Positions 48,100-57,534 of a DNA stretch of 64,000 bases are shown here, piece after piece. Origin of the DNA: an uncultured Candidatus Saccharibacteria bacterium (GTDB lineage Bacteria; Patescibacteriota; Minisyncoccia; Phycocordibacterales; PALSA-1337). Location of the stretch: positions 9,631 to 73,630 of the forward strand of contig CAYPPJ010000002.1 in the NCBI GenBank assembly GCA_964412585.1. The letters run 5' to 3'. How positions within the stretch are numbered: the first letter of the stretch is position 1; each line of letters opens with the position of its first letter. The position numbers and the translations under genes are program-made. The notes under the pieces are model-generated. The model saw nothing but the letters and a program-made list of their open reading frames with translations, was not told where the DNA came from and searched no databases.

Positions 48100-50139
48100 C
48101 TAATTCCACCAGTGGTGATTTTCAGGCTTATTCATAAATGACAATGCCTTATGAGTTGAACCTCCGCTATGTCTTGTATGGTTTGTGTCCCAAAAGGCAA
48201 TCGCCTCGCCTATCGCTTTCTTTTTAGTATTATCAATACCCTCGTCGTTCATTTCTTTGAGTTGTGAAGGCTTCAAGAAGGCAATAACTGCTGGGCGTAC
48301 CACATCATCAAGACCCATCAGTTCTTTACCACTCATACCGTTTACGATTGCCTCGACAGTTTTCGAGCCACCAACACCTACCGGGTTCTTCTCCACCGCT
48401 TCGTGCAAGGCCTCCTCTCTCGTCTTGGAGAGTGTGCGTTTGTCGTCATCACTCATGTTACCCATCATAAACTTAAGCGTCTCGACATCGTCATTTTTTG
48501 CAGCGGTGACCAGTGCCGCCTTACGTGCGTCAACAATCTCTGCCTGATCATCGGCTGAAATATCATCAGATTTCGCAATCGCCTCAAAGTCTGATTTTTT
48601 GAGATGTTTAACAATATTTGGATCTTTCAAAACTTTTGAACCTAGTGCAAGACGTTCCTTCTCGTTCATCTTACTCATAGCATCTTTGTATTCTTGTGAT
48701 GTAGTACTCTTGGACGACATCAGGCTCTGTAAATGAGAGCCACGGTCAAGTTCGCGTTGCTTCTTTGTTACTTCTTTTTGAGTCTTTGCTATATCTTCGT
48801 ATGACCTGTCACTACCAAATTTAGCTTTCGCAGCTGCTCCTGTTGTTACTGCCCTCAAGTCACGACCAAACAGGCTGTTGCCAAATCGACTTTTGTCCAG
48901 TTTTTTATCCAAATAATTACCCGCATACCCAATCGTTCCTCTACCCGCTATACCCCCCGTCCACCCACCAACTTTTTTCCAAATGGCATCTGCTCCGACC
49001 TTATCTGCCCACTTTGGCATCATTGCCCCCATACTCATTGCACCTAATAGAGGTAGATTGAGCATAACGATCACGAGGACTGCGTTCACGGCAAGAATCA
49101 TGAGATCACTCAAGAAATTCCCACTTGGGCTGAGTGATCCAACGTATCCATCTTTGAATATTGATGTAGAGGTGAGTACTGAGAGCGCAAAATACATCAA
49201 GAGCAAATACACTGGCATGAATATGAGCTGTTCTTTGAGGTATTTTCTCCACAAACCTGCATATTGATCAATTTCTGGCACAACATAGGACGCAAAGAAA
49301 ATAGGTGAAAACGCCAGCAAGAATATCAAAATAACAAAACGAACAATAAAGGCCAGTGACGCCAAGAATAAGCTCAGTGCCGTAGTGACCATGATAATAA
49401 TAGAGGTGATGCCAGTGAGGATAATCTTGAGTGAGGTGCTCACAAAGCCATTTCCAGACTGTATTACTTTCTGGCCATTTGCACTCAAAGTGCCATCAGG
49501 GTTGTATAAACGGGTCACACCAAGAGATTGCATGAATATGGTCGAAATGCCCCCGTCGGCATTGCTTGTGTTTATAAATTTCTTCATATCCAACGATCCG
49601 TCCAGTGTTTGTTGAGGTGCGATTGCGCTATACAATTGCAAGGAGACGATATTGGACACATCGATTGCCAATCCAGTCAGGAAAAAACTGAAGTTGATGA
49701 GAATGCCTGCAACGACAATATTCTTGATGCGATCGCCAAACTTTGGGCTCTCAAATCCGGTGATGAGCTGTATCGCAGAGTATAAGAGTCCGAAAATAAT
49801 GAACATACCTGAGATATCTCTGATCGCCTTCCATACGGTATAAATAGCATCAGTTGATGCTACGAACTCCTTGATATGCATTGTCAGATTGATCGAGAAG
49901 TTCATGAGCGAACCAGCCAGATAGACGAGCCAGCTTGCCATGGTCTGGAAAGAGTAGAAGAGGTTAGCCAAACTATCGGCAATAAGTGTTGTCAGATTGA
50001 AACTGAACATATTTCCCTCTGCATGGGCGATCGGAGTCAGTGCGATTGTTACGGCCAACACACATACAACGACAAACCCAGCACGTGTGAAGTGTCGAGA
50101 GGTTAAAATATGTATTGATCTAATAATGCGTGACAACAT
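48100..50139 (-). CDS. VirB6/TrbL-like polytopic membrane protein with C-terminal coiled-coil/hydrophilic domain
   Basis: Signal/TM at N-terminus, ~7 further TM helices over the first 400 aa, then 280-aa charged domain; size and topology match VirB6/TrbL/PrgH-type channel proteins. Confidence 0.6.
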   Translation of the reverse strand: MLSRIIRSIHILTSRHFTRAGFVVVCVLAVTIALTPIAHAEGNMFSFNLTTLIADSLANLFYSFQTMASWLVYLAGSLMNFSINLTMHIKEFVASTDAIYTVWKAIRDISGMFIIFGLLYSAIQLITGFESPKFGDRIKNIVVAGILINFSFFLTGLAIDVSNIVSLQLYSAIAPQQTLDGSLDMKKFINTSNADGGISTIFMQSLGVTRLYNPDGTLSANGQKVIQSGNGFVSTSLKIILTGITSIIIMVTTALSLFLASLAFIVRFVILIFLLAFSPIFFASYVVPEIDQYAGLWRKYLKEQLIFMPVYLLLMYFALSVLTSTSIFKDGYVGSLSPSGNFLSDLMILAVNAVLVIVMLNLPLLGAMSMGAMMPKWADKVGADAIWKKVGGWTGGIAGRGTIGYAGNYLDKKLDKSRFGNSLFGRDLRAVTTGAAAKAKFGSDRSYEDIAKTQKEVTKKQRELDRGSHLQSLMSSKSTTSQEYKDAMSKMNEKERLALGSKVLKDPNIVKHLKKSDFEAIAKSDDISADDQAEIVDARKAALVTAAKNDDVETLKFMMGNMSDDDKRTLSKTREEALHEAVEKNPVGVGGSKTVEAIVNGMSGKELMGLDDVVRPAVIAFLKPSQLKEMNDEGIDNTKKKAIGEAIAFWDTNHTRHSGGSTHKALSFMNKPENHHWWN

Positions 50140-50145
50140 GTGTTT

Positions 50146-51951
50146 TTAGTGGAAACCAACAAGTAGTGGATTGACAAATGTGTGGTATGGGAAACCGCCG
50201 AATGTCAGATTATATGGCAACTCGTTACAAATCCTTTGGAATGTTCCAGCGTCCTTGTCGAGAATGGTCATAAGTGAATCGACACTCTTTTTGCTCTGCG
50301 TTGCATCTTCTGAGCCGTCGACACCTGCCTGTGCACCCTGGAGGGTTGAACTAATTGAAGCATCAACACGATTGAAACCAGCGCTTATATCATTGTCAGT
50401 TACACCTCGAATCTGAGCATTGGTTGATGAGTTGGTTGTGTTTTTGTAACTATCAATTTTATTTTGTAGCACCATCTTCTTTTCAGTGGTGGAGGATATC
50501 ATCAAGTCAATGCTTTGTGCCAAAACCAAGTCGACACCGCCAATCATCCTCTGTCCGTATTCACGTTGTGATGTGGGGAAATTTGCTGTTGAAATTTTTG
50601 TACTAAAGCATGCTCGGATAGAGACGTATTTTGTTCTTTCGGTACTGAGCAAGCTCAACGTTTGGTCATATTGGTTTATAGTATCTTGACCAAGATTAAT
50701 CACTGAATTTGAGCCACTGAGGGATCTGTTTTTGGTCGATTGAATATCGAAACTGTTTTGGTTGTACGATTCATCACTAAGCTGAGTGAGATAGGCCTTG
50801 GAGTTTCCACCAAGTCCTGATCCGTGACCACTGAGTGCCGCCAGTCCTTGAGTAAACATTTGATTGACGAGCGCGCCGGTAATAGCGTCGATGCTATCGC
50901 TTATTGTTTTAACAAGGACAAGCTTGTCAGATGGAATGTTGAGTTGTTTTTGGAGCGATCCAGCAATCATTGATCCTGGGGTTTGAACAGAACAATCCTG
51001 ATAAGTGGTCTTACCATTTTTTGTTGTTTTCTTGATGCCCGTTGCCTTGCCAAAGTCATCAAACCCAGATGAACCAAATCCATTTTTCTCAAGATCTCTG
51101 ATATCAGATGCATTTAGACCATACTGTGAACCTGCTATCTCGACAGTGCTACGTCCATCGGCGGGTACATCATATCCCCCACCCGAAGGATCAATAGTAA
51201 ATTGATTGGTGACATCTGTACATTTATTCCATGACAAGAAGCCGGCACCACGATTCAAATCATTGTTAACGGACGCTTTTCTCTCGGCTATCTTTTGTTT
51301 CAAATCTGAATCAGCAAGAAGATATGCTCCGACTGGATTGTTTTGGGCTTGCGTAGTGTATGCAAGAAATCCTCCCCAGCCTCCCTGCGAAAAGTCGCCA
51401 TTCATGAAATTTCCCAGCGTTGCTCCGTCGGCCGAGCCTGTCAATGTAATCCCGCTATTACGCCCAATATTCTGCACTGAGTTTCGTGTATTATTTATGA
51501 CGGTACTCAACGTACACGAGTACCGTTTGTTCATTGATGAAGCTTGGTTGAGCGCTATGTTTAGACGCAAATCAAAACTAAATGGCGAACATAACTGTGA
51601 CAGTGCACCAGTTTTCTCGAGGAGCTCCCCGGTAATTTGATCACCAACATCCATGAAAAAGCCCTCTGGGTTTGTGATAAATGCCGGACTCCCTTCAAAC
51701 CCCGTATTAATCCAATTGACCACGCTTGCGGTCATGCGCTGGATAAGCTGGTTGGCGATCATCACGGCGAGCTTGTTTCCAACGAACTCTTTCCAGTTAT
51801 CCATGATGCAGTACACGTCGAATAGTCCGCAGGCGGTCGGTACCGGTAGTGCTTGCGCTTTCTTTGCTGGAATTGCAGCAAATGGCGAGGCGATAACACA
51901 GAGCATGAGTATTCCGATCAACAATTTTTTTATGTACGAATTCGTTTTCAT
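50146..51951 (-). CDS. secreted 601-aa G/S/N/T-rich protein (T4SS-like operon)
   Basis: Signal peptide LLIGILMLCVIASPFAAIPA; no recognisable catalytic motif. Confidence 0.5.
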   Translation of the reverse strand: MKTNSYIKKLLIGILMLCVIASPFAAIPAKKAQALPVPTACGLFDVYCIMDNWKEFVGNKLAVMIANQLIQRMTASVVNWINTGFEGSPAFITNPEGFFMDVGDQITGELLEKTGALSQLCSPFSFDLRLNIALNQASSMNKRYSCTLSTVINNTRNSVQNIGRNSGITLTGSADGATLGNFMNGDFSQGGWGGFLAYTTQAQNNPVGAYLLADSDLKQKIAERKASVNNDLNRGAGFLSWNKCTDVTNQFTIDPSGGGYDVPADGRSTVEIAGSQYGLNASDIRDLEKNGFGSSGFDDFGKATGIKKTTKNGKTTYQDCSVQTPGSMIAGSLQKQLNIPSDKLVLVKTISDSIDAITGALVNQMFTQGLAALSGHGSGLGGNSKAYLTQLSDESYNQNSFDIQSTKNRSLSGSNSVINLGQDTINQYDQTLSLLSTERTKYVSIRACFSTKISTANFPTSQREYGQRMIGGVDLVLAQSIDLMISSTTEKKMVLQNKIDSYKNTTNSSTNAQIRGVTDNDISAGFNRVDASISSTLQGAQAGVDGSEDATQSKKSVDSLMTILDKDAGTFQRICNELPYNLTFGGFPYHTFVNPLLVGFH

Positions 51952-51952
51952 A

Positions 51953-52831
51953 TTATTTAATCATGCTAAAAATAATTGCGGGCTCGGCACTGGAAAATTG
52001 TAGGTTATGCTGGGCAAAAACAAACTTGAGATCCAAAAGCCCATCACGAAGCTGGCCTAAAGATTTTTCATAGGTTGCGAGAGCGGCGATGCTCTGGATC
52101 GGGTCCGTGAAAACTTTTGTCATACCGTGTGAACCAAAAGCAATCGCACTTACACCGTTGACCAAATTTACATGGAACGTCGCAAGGGACTGCGGAGCGG
52201 GCACACTGAGGATACCGGTCAAAATGGCATCATACGAACTAGCAATTGATTCTACTGTTTTGATTTGAGATGGATCTTCATCTTCCAGTGCCTGTAGTGC
52301 AACGGTGGCAGCATCTGATGTTGGCATGTGAGCAGAAAAGATGGTACCGATTGCATTTGCGTACACTCGTTCTAAGCCACTGTCTTGCGATGTTGATATA
52401 TTTATTTCACGAATGTCATACACGCGCGCTTGTGGCGCAGCGTCGACGAGGTTGTTTGTCGTCTGATCAACAAGCGCCTTGATCGCTTGTGGGTCCTCGC
52501 TCAAATTATTTTGTTTGAGATACATATATTGCTCAAAAAACTTTTTGCCGAATTGGCCTGTGAGAGTATCTGGTTCCGATGGCACGGTTTTTTCGGCTGT
52601 ACCGGATGTTTTGATCGTAGTACTTCCTGTTAAAAATTGTTTTTTCCAATCCACAGACGAAGAAATGGTCCCCTGTTCAGTGGATGAAGAAACAACTGCA
52701 TCAACTTGTTTTATTTGATCAGTTTTTTCGCTCACTGATGTGCCGAATGCTGCATATCCGGCGGCTGCGACTGCCAGGATGCACACAACCAGTATCACCA
52801 ACGTCTGAACATGCTGTCGGGGTAGGGACAT
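51953..52831 (-). CDS. bitopic membrane protein, first gene of T4SS-like operon (VirB8-like topology)
   Basis: N-terminal TM VQTLVILVVCILAVAAAGYAAF then ~260-aa extracytoplasmic domain; assignment by topology/position only. Confidence 0.4.
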   Translation of the reverse strand: MSLPRQHVQTLVILVVCILAVAAAGYAAFGTSVSEKTDQIKQVDAVVSSSTEQGTISSSVDWKKQFLTGSTTIKTSGTAEKTVPSEPDTLTGQFGKKFFEQYMYLKQNNLSEDPQAIKALVDQTTNNLVDAAPQARVYDIREINISTSQDSGLERVYANAIGTIFSAHMPTSDAATVALQALEDEDPSQIKTVESIASSYDAILTGILSVPAPQSLATFHVNLVNGVSAIAFGSHGMTKVFTDPIQSIAALATYEKSLGQLRDGLLDLKFVFAQHNLQFSSAEPAIIFSMIK

Positions 52832-52917
52832 ACGACATAATTATATAGTAATACGGCCTTATTTGCTGGATTTTCTGTGGACAATAGATCACGATAGATT
52901 CGTGGTACAATTGTTAT

Positions 52918-53250
52918 ATGAAAAAACACGTTATCGTTCTGGCTTTAGCCGTAATTTTATTGCTTGTTCCGGCACTAATGACGCGCGCCGCAGTCCCACT
53001 TCCTTTCGGGGGATTGGTGACGGCAGTTACCCCGTGCGATGAGGGTCTTCTAACTTATGTGCTTACACCGCTTACTGGGGTGATTCCGTTAATGTGGCTT
53101 TGGGGTGAATTGCCATTTCTCATGTATATTCCTCCTCATCCGGGGCAAGAGTTGCTCGGTTGGACCGCCACTGTTCCGATTCCATGTACCATATCAGGCA
53201 TTCCATACAATGGTGGTCTCCCTATCCTCATGCACGGATCTAGTATTTAG
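52918..53250 (+). CDS. small secreted protein with two hydrophobic segments (candidate VirB2-like pilin), divergent from T4SS-like operon
   Basis: 110 aa; signal peptide MKKHVIVLALAVILLLVPALMTRAAVP, then GLLTYVLTPLTGVIPLMWLWGELPFLMYIPP. Confidence 0.4.
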   Translation: MKKHVIVLALAVILLLVPALMTRAAVPLPFGGLVTAVTPCDEGLLTYVLTPLTGVIPLMWLWGELPFLMYIPPHPGQELLGWTATVPIPCTISGIPYNGGLPILMHGSSI

Positions 53251-54036
53251 CTATATTTTGAGCCATTCTTCGACTTTTAGGTCCTCAGCACGGACGTTTT
53301 TGTCGAATCCTGCCTTTTCCCAAATAGCCCCAATTTCTTCCTTTGAGAGGACATCTTCTAAATTTCTGGCCAAAAGTTTCCTTTTGTGAGCAAACCCCGC
53401 TTTAACAATGCTGAAAAAGCGCTTAACATCAAGGTTTTTTGAGGTAAATGCGATATTTGATATATGTTCAATCGATAAAATTGCTGAATCTACCGTCGGT
53501 GGAGGTGTAAACGCTCCCGGAGGAACTTTGGCTATAATATGAGGCGTGCCAAAGGCTTTTACCGAAATTGAAAGAATACTTTCCTTGCCATCTCGTGCAC
53601 AGATTCGCTCAGCAACCTCTTTTTGCACCAGTAATACCATACGAGTCGGCCGTGGCCCGTGTTCAAGAAATTTTTCCAATATGGCACCGGTGATGTAGTA
53701 CGGAATGTTGGCGACGAGTGCGAATGATCCATCCAAAATAGATTCCGTTGATAAGGTGTGTTCGTACAATACATCCCCAGAAATAATTTTTAATGCACCA
53801 TTTTTGATTTCAATGAAAAAATCCTGCTCGAGCATAGCAATGGCGCGTTGATCTTTTTCAACAGCGATGACATGTGCACCCGCGCTCAATAATGCGCGAG
53901 TTAATACTCCAGTACCGGGTCCAATCTCAAGTACTGTCTCCCCTTTTTGTATGTGTGACGCAGAAATAATCTGCTCAAGCACATGTGTTGAGTTCAAGAA
54001 ATGTTGCCCCAGTGATTTTTTCGCAGTTAATTTCAT
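53251..54036 (-). CDS. rsmA: 16S rRNA (adenine1518/1519-N6)-dimethyltransferase RsmA/KsgA
   Basis: KKSLGQHFLNSTHVLEQII ... VLEIGPGTGVLTRALL ... NIPYYIT motifs. Confidence 0.93.
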   Translation of the reverse strand: MKLTAKKSLGQHFLNSTHVLEQIISASHIQKGETVLEIGPGTGVLTRALLSAGAHVIAVEKDQRAIAMLEQDFFIEIKNGALKIISGDVLYEHTLSTESILDGSFALVANIPYYITGAILEKFLEHGPRPTRMVLLVQKEVAERICARDGKESILSISVKAFGTPHIIAKVPPGAFTPPPTVDSAILSIEHISNIAFTSKNLDVKRFFSIVKAGFAHKRKLLARNLEDVLSKEEIGAIWEKAGFDKNVRAEDLKVEEWLKI

Positions 54037-54065
54037 CGTGGTGTGTGATTCCTAGCTTAGCACAA

Positions 54066-54167
54066 GTGAGTTGAGTATGGGTGAAGATACATTGCGGAGC
54101 GCGACGGCGCGAGCATAGCAATTTTTCAGCAGAAAAATATGCGCGTATCTGAACCCATGCTCGACGA
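54066..54167. repeat. Family-2 palindromic element, copy 2 (between pcrA end and rsmA start)
   Basis: Imperfect 18-24-bp arms gagtatgggtgaagatac / gtatctgaacccatgctc around core attgcggagcgcgacggcgcgagcatagcaatttttcagcagaaaaatatgcgc. Confidence 0.8.
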
Positions 54168-54180
54168 ACGATGTGCGTCC

Positions 54181-56178
54181 CTAGAAATCAATAAACAGCG
54201 CTTTTGCCCCCGTTGGTTTTTCCGGAGGCGCTTGATTTTCAATCAATTCTTTTTCAATATCATCAATAAATTCTGATGAAGTGTTTACACGTTGAGCGCC
54301 ATACACGGTTCGTATAAGTGTGTGGCTCAAATGTACCTTGTTTCGTGCGCGCGTCAATGCGACATAGAATAGTCGTCGTTCTTCTTCTGCTTCTGCAGGA
54401 CTTATACCCGCGTCATCCATGTGTTTAAATGGGAATAAATCTTGTTCGAGTCCCGCAATAAACACATGATCGAACTCCAATCCTTTTGAGGCGTGAACAG
54501 TCATCAGTTTTACAGCGTCCTGATCCTTTTGGAGGTCATCTTGATCGCTTGCCAGTGCAGCATTCTCGAGAAACTTTTCGATGCCCGCACTCTGACTCGT
54601 TGGCTCATCAGTCGTGGTCTCTTTGTATTCGTCGTACTGCGCAGCCACGGTGACCAATTCTCTAATGTTGAGCAGGCGCTCCTCATCTTCCGCATCTCCA
54701 CTGAGCAACACTCGCTCCATACCGCTCTCTTGAATAACGAATTTTACGGCCTCAGATGGGCGTTTTGACATTATTTCAGCACGTATATCCTCAAGTAGTT
54801 TCCAAAAGTTTTCAATCTTGGCTTTCATTGCTGGTGGCAATAGGTCAGGTCGCCCAGACATGATTTTTGCCACTGTCGCTTTACCGATACCACGAGTAGG
54901 TACGTTTATAATTCGCCCAATATCACCCCACGATTCCCTATTCAATGATGCGCGAATATATGAGAGCACGTCTTTGACTTCTTTTCGTTCAAAAAAGCGA
55001 ACACCTACGAGTTGGTACGGAATATTTTTCTTGATGAAAGCCTCTTCGATCGCGCGAGACTGGAAATTGGCACGATACAAGACTGCAATATTTCGTGCAG
55101 GTGTTCCCTTTTCGATCAAATCACGCGCAGTGTCAGCAATATTTCGGGCCTCGTCTACTTCTGTATATGACGCATTGAGTGCAATCTTTTCACCATCGGC
55201 ATTATCGGTGTATAACGTCTTCTTTTTTCTGAGTGTATTCTTTTCGATGACACTGTTTGCTGCTGCGAGAATAGTTTTTGTTGAGCGATAATTTTTTTCA
55301 AGTGCAATCACCGTTGTGTTCGGATAATCTTTTTCAAAATTGAGAATATTTTCTATGGTCGCACCACGCCAGCTGTAAATATTTTGGTCAGCATCTCCTA
55401 CTACACAGATGTTTCGGTGCGCTTGTGCCAAAAGCTCGGTCATTTTGTATTGAACTTTGTTTGTATCCTGATATTCATCAACATGGATATATTTCCAGAT
55501 CCCCTGGTATCTTTTCCTCACTAGTTCATTGGTCGCGAGAAGTCGCGTGGCCTTCCATAATAGATCATCAAAGTCGAGAGCCTTCTCTTTCGCGACGATT
55601 GCGTCGTATTTTTCCCACACTTGGGCCGCCAGTTCTTCCATGTACGACTTTGCGGTATCTGCGTACTCAATCCTACCTACGTTGTCCCCTTTGGCGCGTG
55701 AAATCATGTTCAATAGTGTGCCGGGGTCAAACTGTTTTGGGTCGACGGAGCACTCTTCCATGGCCTGTTTTATGGCTCGACGTGAATCGGCACGGTCAAA
55801 AATGGTGAAATGTCGGGTAAGCCCAAGTAAAGCCGCATTTTCTCGAATAATATGAACTCCGAGGGCATGAAATGTGCTCACGAAGGGTCGTTCAAATGTA
55901 GAAATAGGACGATTTATACCCGCATTGTTCGCAATCAGCGCCTCGACGCGCTCTCGCATCTCCTTTGCGGCCTTGTTGGTGAAGGTAATTGCAAGAATGT
56001 TATGTGGAGCGATGCCCTTTTGGATCAAATTGAGAATGCGATGTGTGATAACCTTTGTTTTTCCAGATCCTGCGCCGGCAATAATAAGAACAGGTCCTTC
56101 CAAGGTGTTGACTGCGCGTTGTTGTGCATCATTGAGACTATTCATGGACGGTAGTGTATCAGAAGAATCGATATTCAC
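54181..56178 (-). CDS. pcrA: UvrD/PcrA-family ATP-dependent DNA helicase
   Basis: LIIAGAGSGKTKVITHRI (motif I), ILAITFTNKAAKEM, VDEYQDTN, ... TVHASKGLEFDHVFI (motif VI). Confidence 0.93.
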   Translation of the reverse strand: MNIDSSDTLPSMNSLNDAQQRAVNTLEGPVLIIAGAGSGKTKVITHRILNLIQKGIAPHNILAITFTNKAAKEMRERVEALIANNAGINRPISTFERPFVSTFHALGVHIIRENAALLGLTRHFTIFDRADSRRAIKQAMEECSVDPKQFDPGTLLNMISRAKGDNVGRIEYADTAKSYMEELAAQVWEKYDAIVAKEKALDFDDLLWKATRLLATNELVRKRYQGIWKYIHVDEYQDTNKVQYKMTELLAQAHRNICVVGDADQNIYSWRGATIENILNFEKDYPNTTVIALEKNYRSTKTILAAANSVIEKNTLRKKKTLYTDNADGEKIALNASYTEVDEARNIADTARDLIEKGTPARNIAVLYRANFQSRAIEEAFIKKNIPYQLVGVRFFERKEVKDVLSYIRASLNRESWGDIGRIINVPTRGIGKATVAKIMSGRPDLLPPAMKAKIENFWKLLEDIRAEIMSKRPSEAVKFVIQESGMERVLLSGDAEDEERLLNIRELVTVAAQYDEYKETTTDEPTSQSAGIEKFLENAALASDQDDLQKDQDAVKLMTVHASKGLEFDHVFIAGLEQDLFPFKHMDDAGISPAEAEEERRLFYVALTRARNKVHLSHTLIRTVYGAQRVNTSSEFIDDIEKELIENQAPPEKPTGAKALFIDF

Positions 56179-56431
56179 GAATTTTTTTGAATGCGTCCGC
56201 TTTTTCTACAGATTTTAGGTCAGTATTTCACACTATTAATTGACATAACTGCAATATTTGTGACTGTGTACAGTGTTCATTGACAATAGTTTGGCACCTG
56301 ATACCCTGAATAGGTACCCGCAATGGTATGCGTTTAAATATGGCTTAGCAGAGCCATTTATGCTTTATACCATCGGGCACCGATTATCTGCAAAACCATC
56401 GCGAAAGACTTGCCAGAAAACGAAAAATAGT

Positions 56432-57526
56432 ATGCAATTAGATACCTCACCGATACGTACATACTCGCGCATTTCCACACGAACCTTGGTTAGGCTCGTG
56501 GTCCTTGTTTTAGTCCTTATAGGTCTCGCCTTTTATACCAAGACCGCTCGTGCTGGTCTTATTTCATATATGCAAACCGTCATTGGGGGAAACAAGGTCT
56601 CCGCAAAAGTTACCCAGTCCAAGACACCCCTCGCTTCTCAAACTCTTGCATTACTTCAGGCTGCCACCAATCTTGATCCAAACCCTGAAAAATACTCTGA
56701 AGTGGCCCCAGTTGTTGGTAATGCTTTGTCAGCCGATGTTGTTCTATCCGAGGGTGCACAAGCAGAGACGAGCACGACTATTAGTTCATATGTGGTGCGT
56801 GAAGGTGATACAGTCTCAAGTATTGCCCAGATGTTTGGCGTTTCAGCAAACACAGTGATGTGGGCAAATGGTATTAGCCGTGCCACCGCGCTCCCTGTTG
56901 GCCAACACCTCATCATTCTCCCTGTAACTGGCATCAGTTATACTGTCAAAAAAGGAGATACTATCAAAGGTATCGCCACAAAATATGGTGCAGATATTAC
57001 GGAAATACTTCATTTTAACGACATTTCACTTGGTTCAACGCTGGTTGTTGGTCAAAAAATCATTATTCCAGATGCGGAACAAGCAACACCAATCAAGGCT
57101 AATACAACTCTCGTTAAGGGGTATGTCAGAGACAATCGTGCCCACGACACAAACGGTCCTGATTACGGATCTTACTATATGCGCCCTTGTGACATAAGCG
57201 AGTGTGTTAAATCACAAGGACTTCATGGTCACAATGCGGTAGACCTGGCTTCTTCTTATCACAAGATTGGTGCTCCTATTTATGCTTCAGCACCGGGCAC
57301 AGTCATTCTAAGTAAAATGGGTGGATGGAATGGTGGATATGGTAATTACATCATTATTTCGCATGACAATGGCACGCAAACTGTGTATGGGCACCTTTCA
57401 CAAACACTTGCCGTCGCAGGTCAGCGTGTTGAAAAGGGTCAGGTCATCGGATATATGGGCAATTCAGGAAATTCGACGGGCCCACATCTTCATTTTGAGA
57501 TTCGTGGCGCAAAAAATCCCTTTTAA
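56432..57526 (+). CDS. LysM-domain M23-family peptidoglycan endopeptidase
   Basis: TM anchor, two LysM repeats (YVVREGDTVSSIAQMFGV..., YTVKKGDTIKGIATKYGA...), M23 motifs HNAVDLA...GNSGNSTGPHLHFEI; start set to MQLDTS. Confidence 0.85.
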   Translation: MQLDTSPIRTYSRISTRTLVRLVVLVLVLIGLAFYTKTARAGLISYMQTVIGGNKVSAKVTQSKTPLASQTLALLQAATNLDPNPEKYSEVAPVVGNALSADVVLSEGAQAETSTTISSYVVREGDTVSSIAQMFGVSANTVMWANGISRATALPVGQHLIILPVTGISYTVKKGDTIKGIATKYGADITEILHFNDISLGSTLVVGQKIIIPDAEQATPIKANTTLVKGYVRDNRAHDTNGPDYGSYYMRPCDISECVKSQGLHGHNAVDLASSYHKIGAPIYASAPGTVILSKMGGWNGGYGNYIIISHDNGTQTVYGHLSQTLAVAGQRVEKGQVIGYMGNSGNSTGPHLHFEIRGAKNPF

Positions 57527-57534
57527 TCGTCGCA

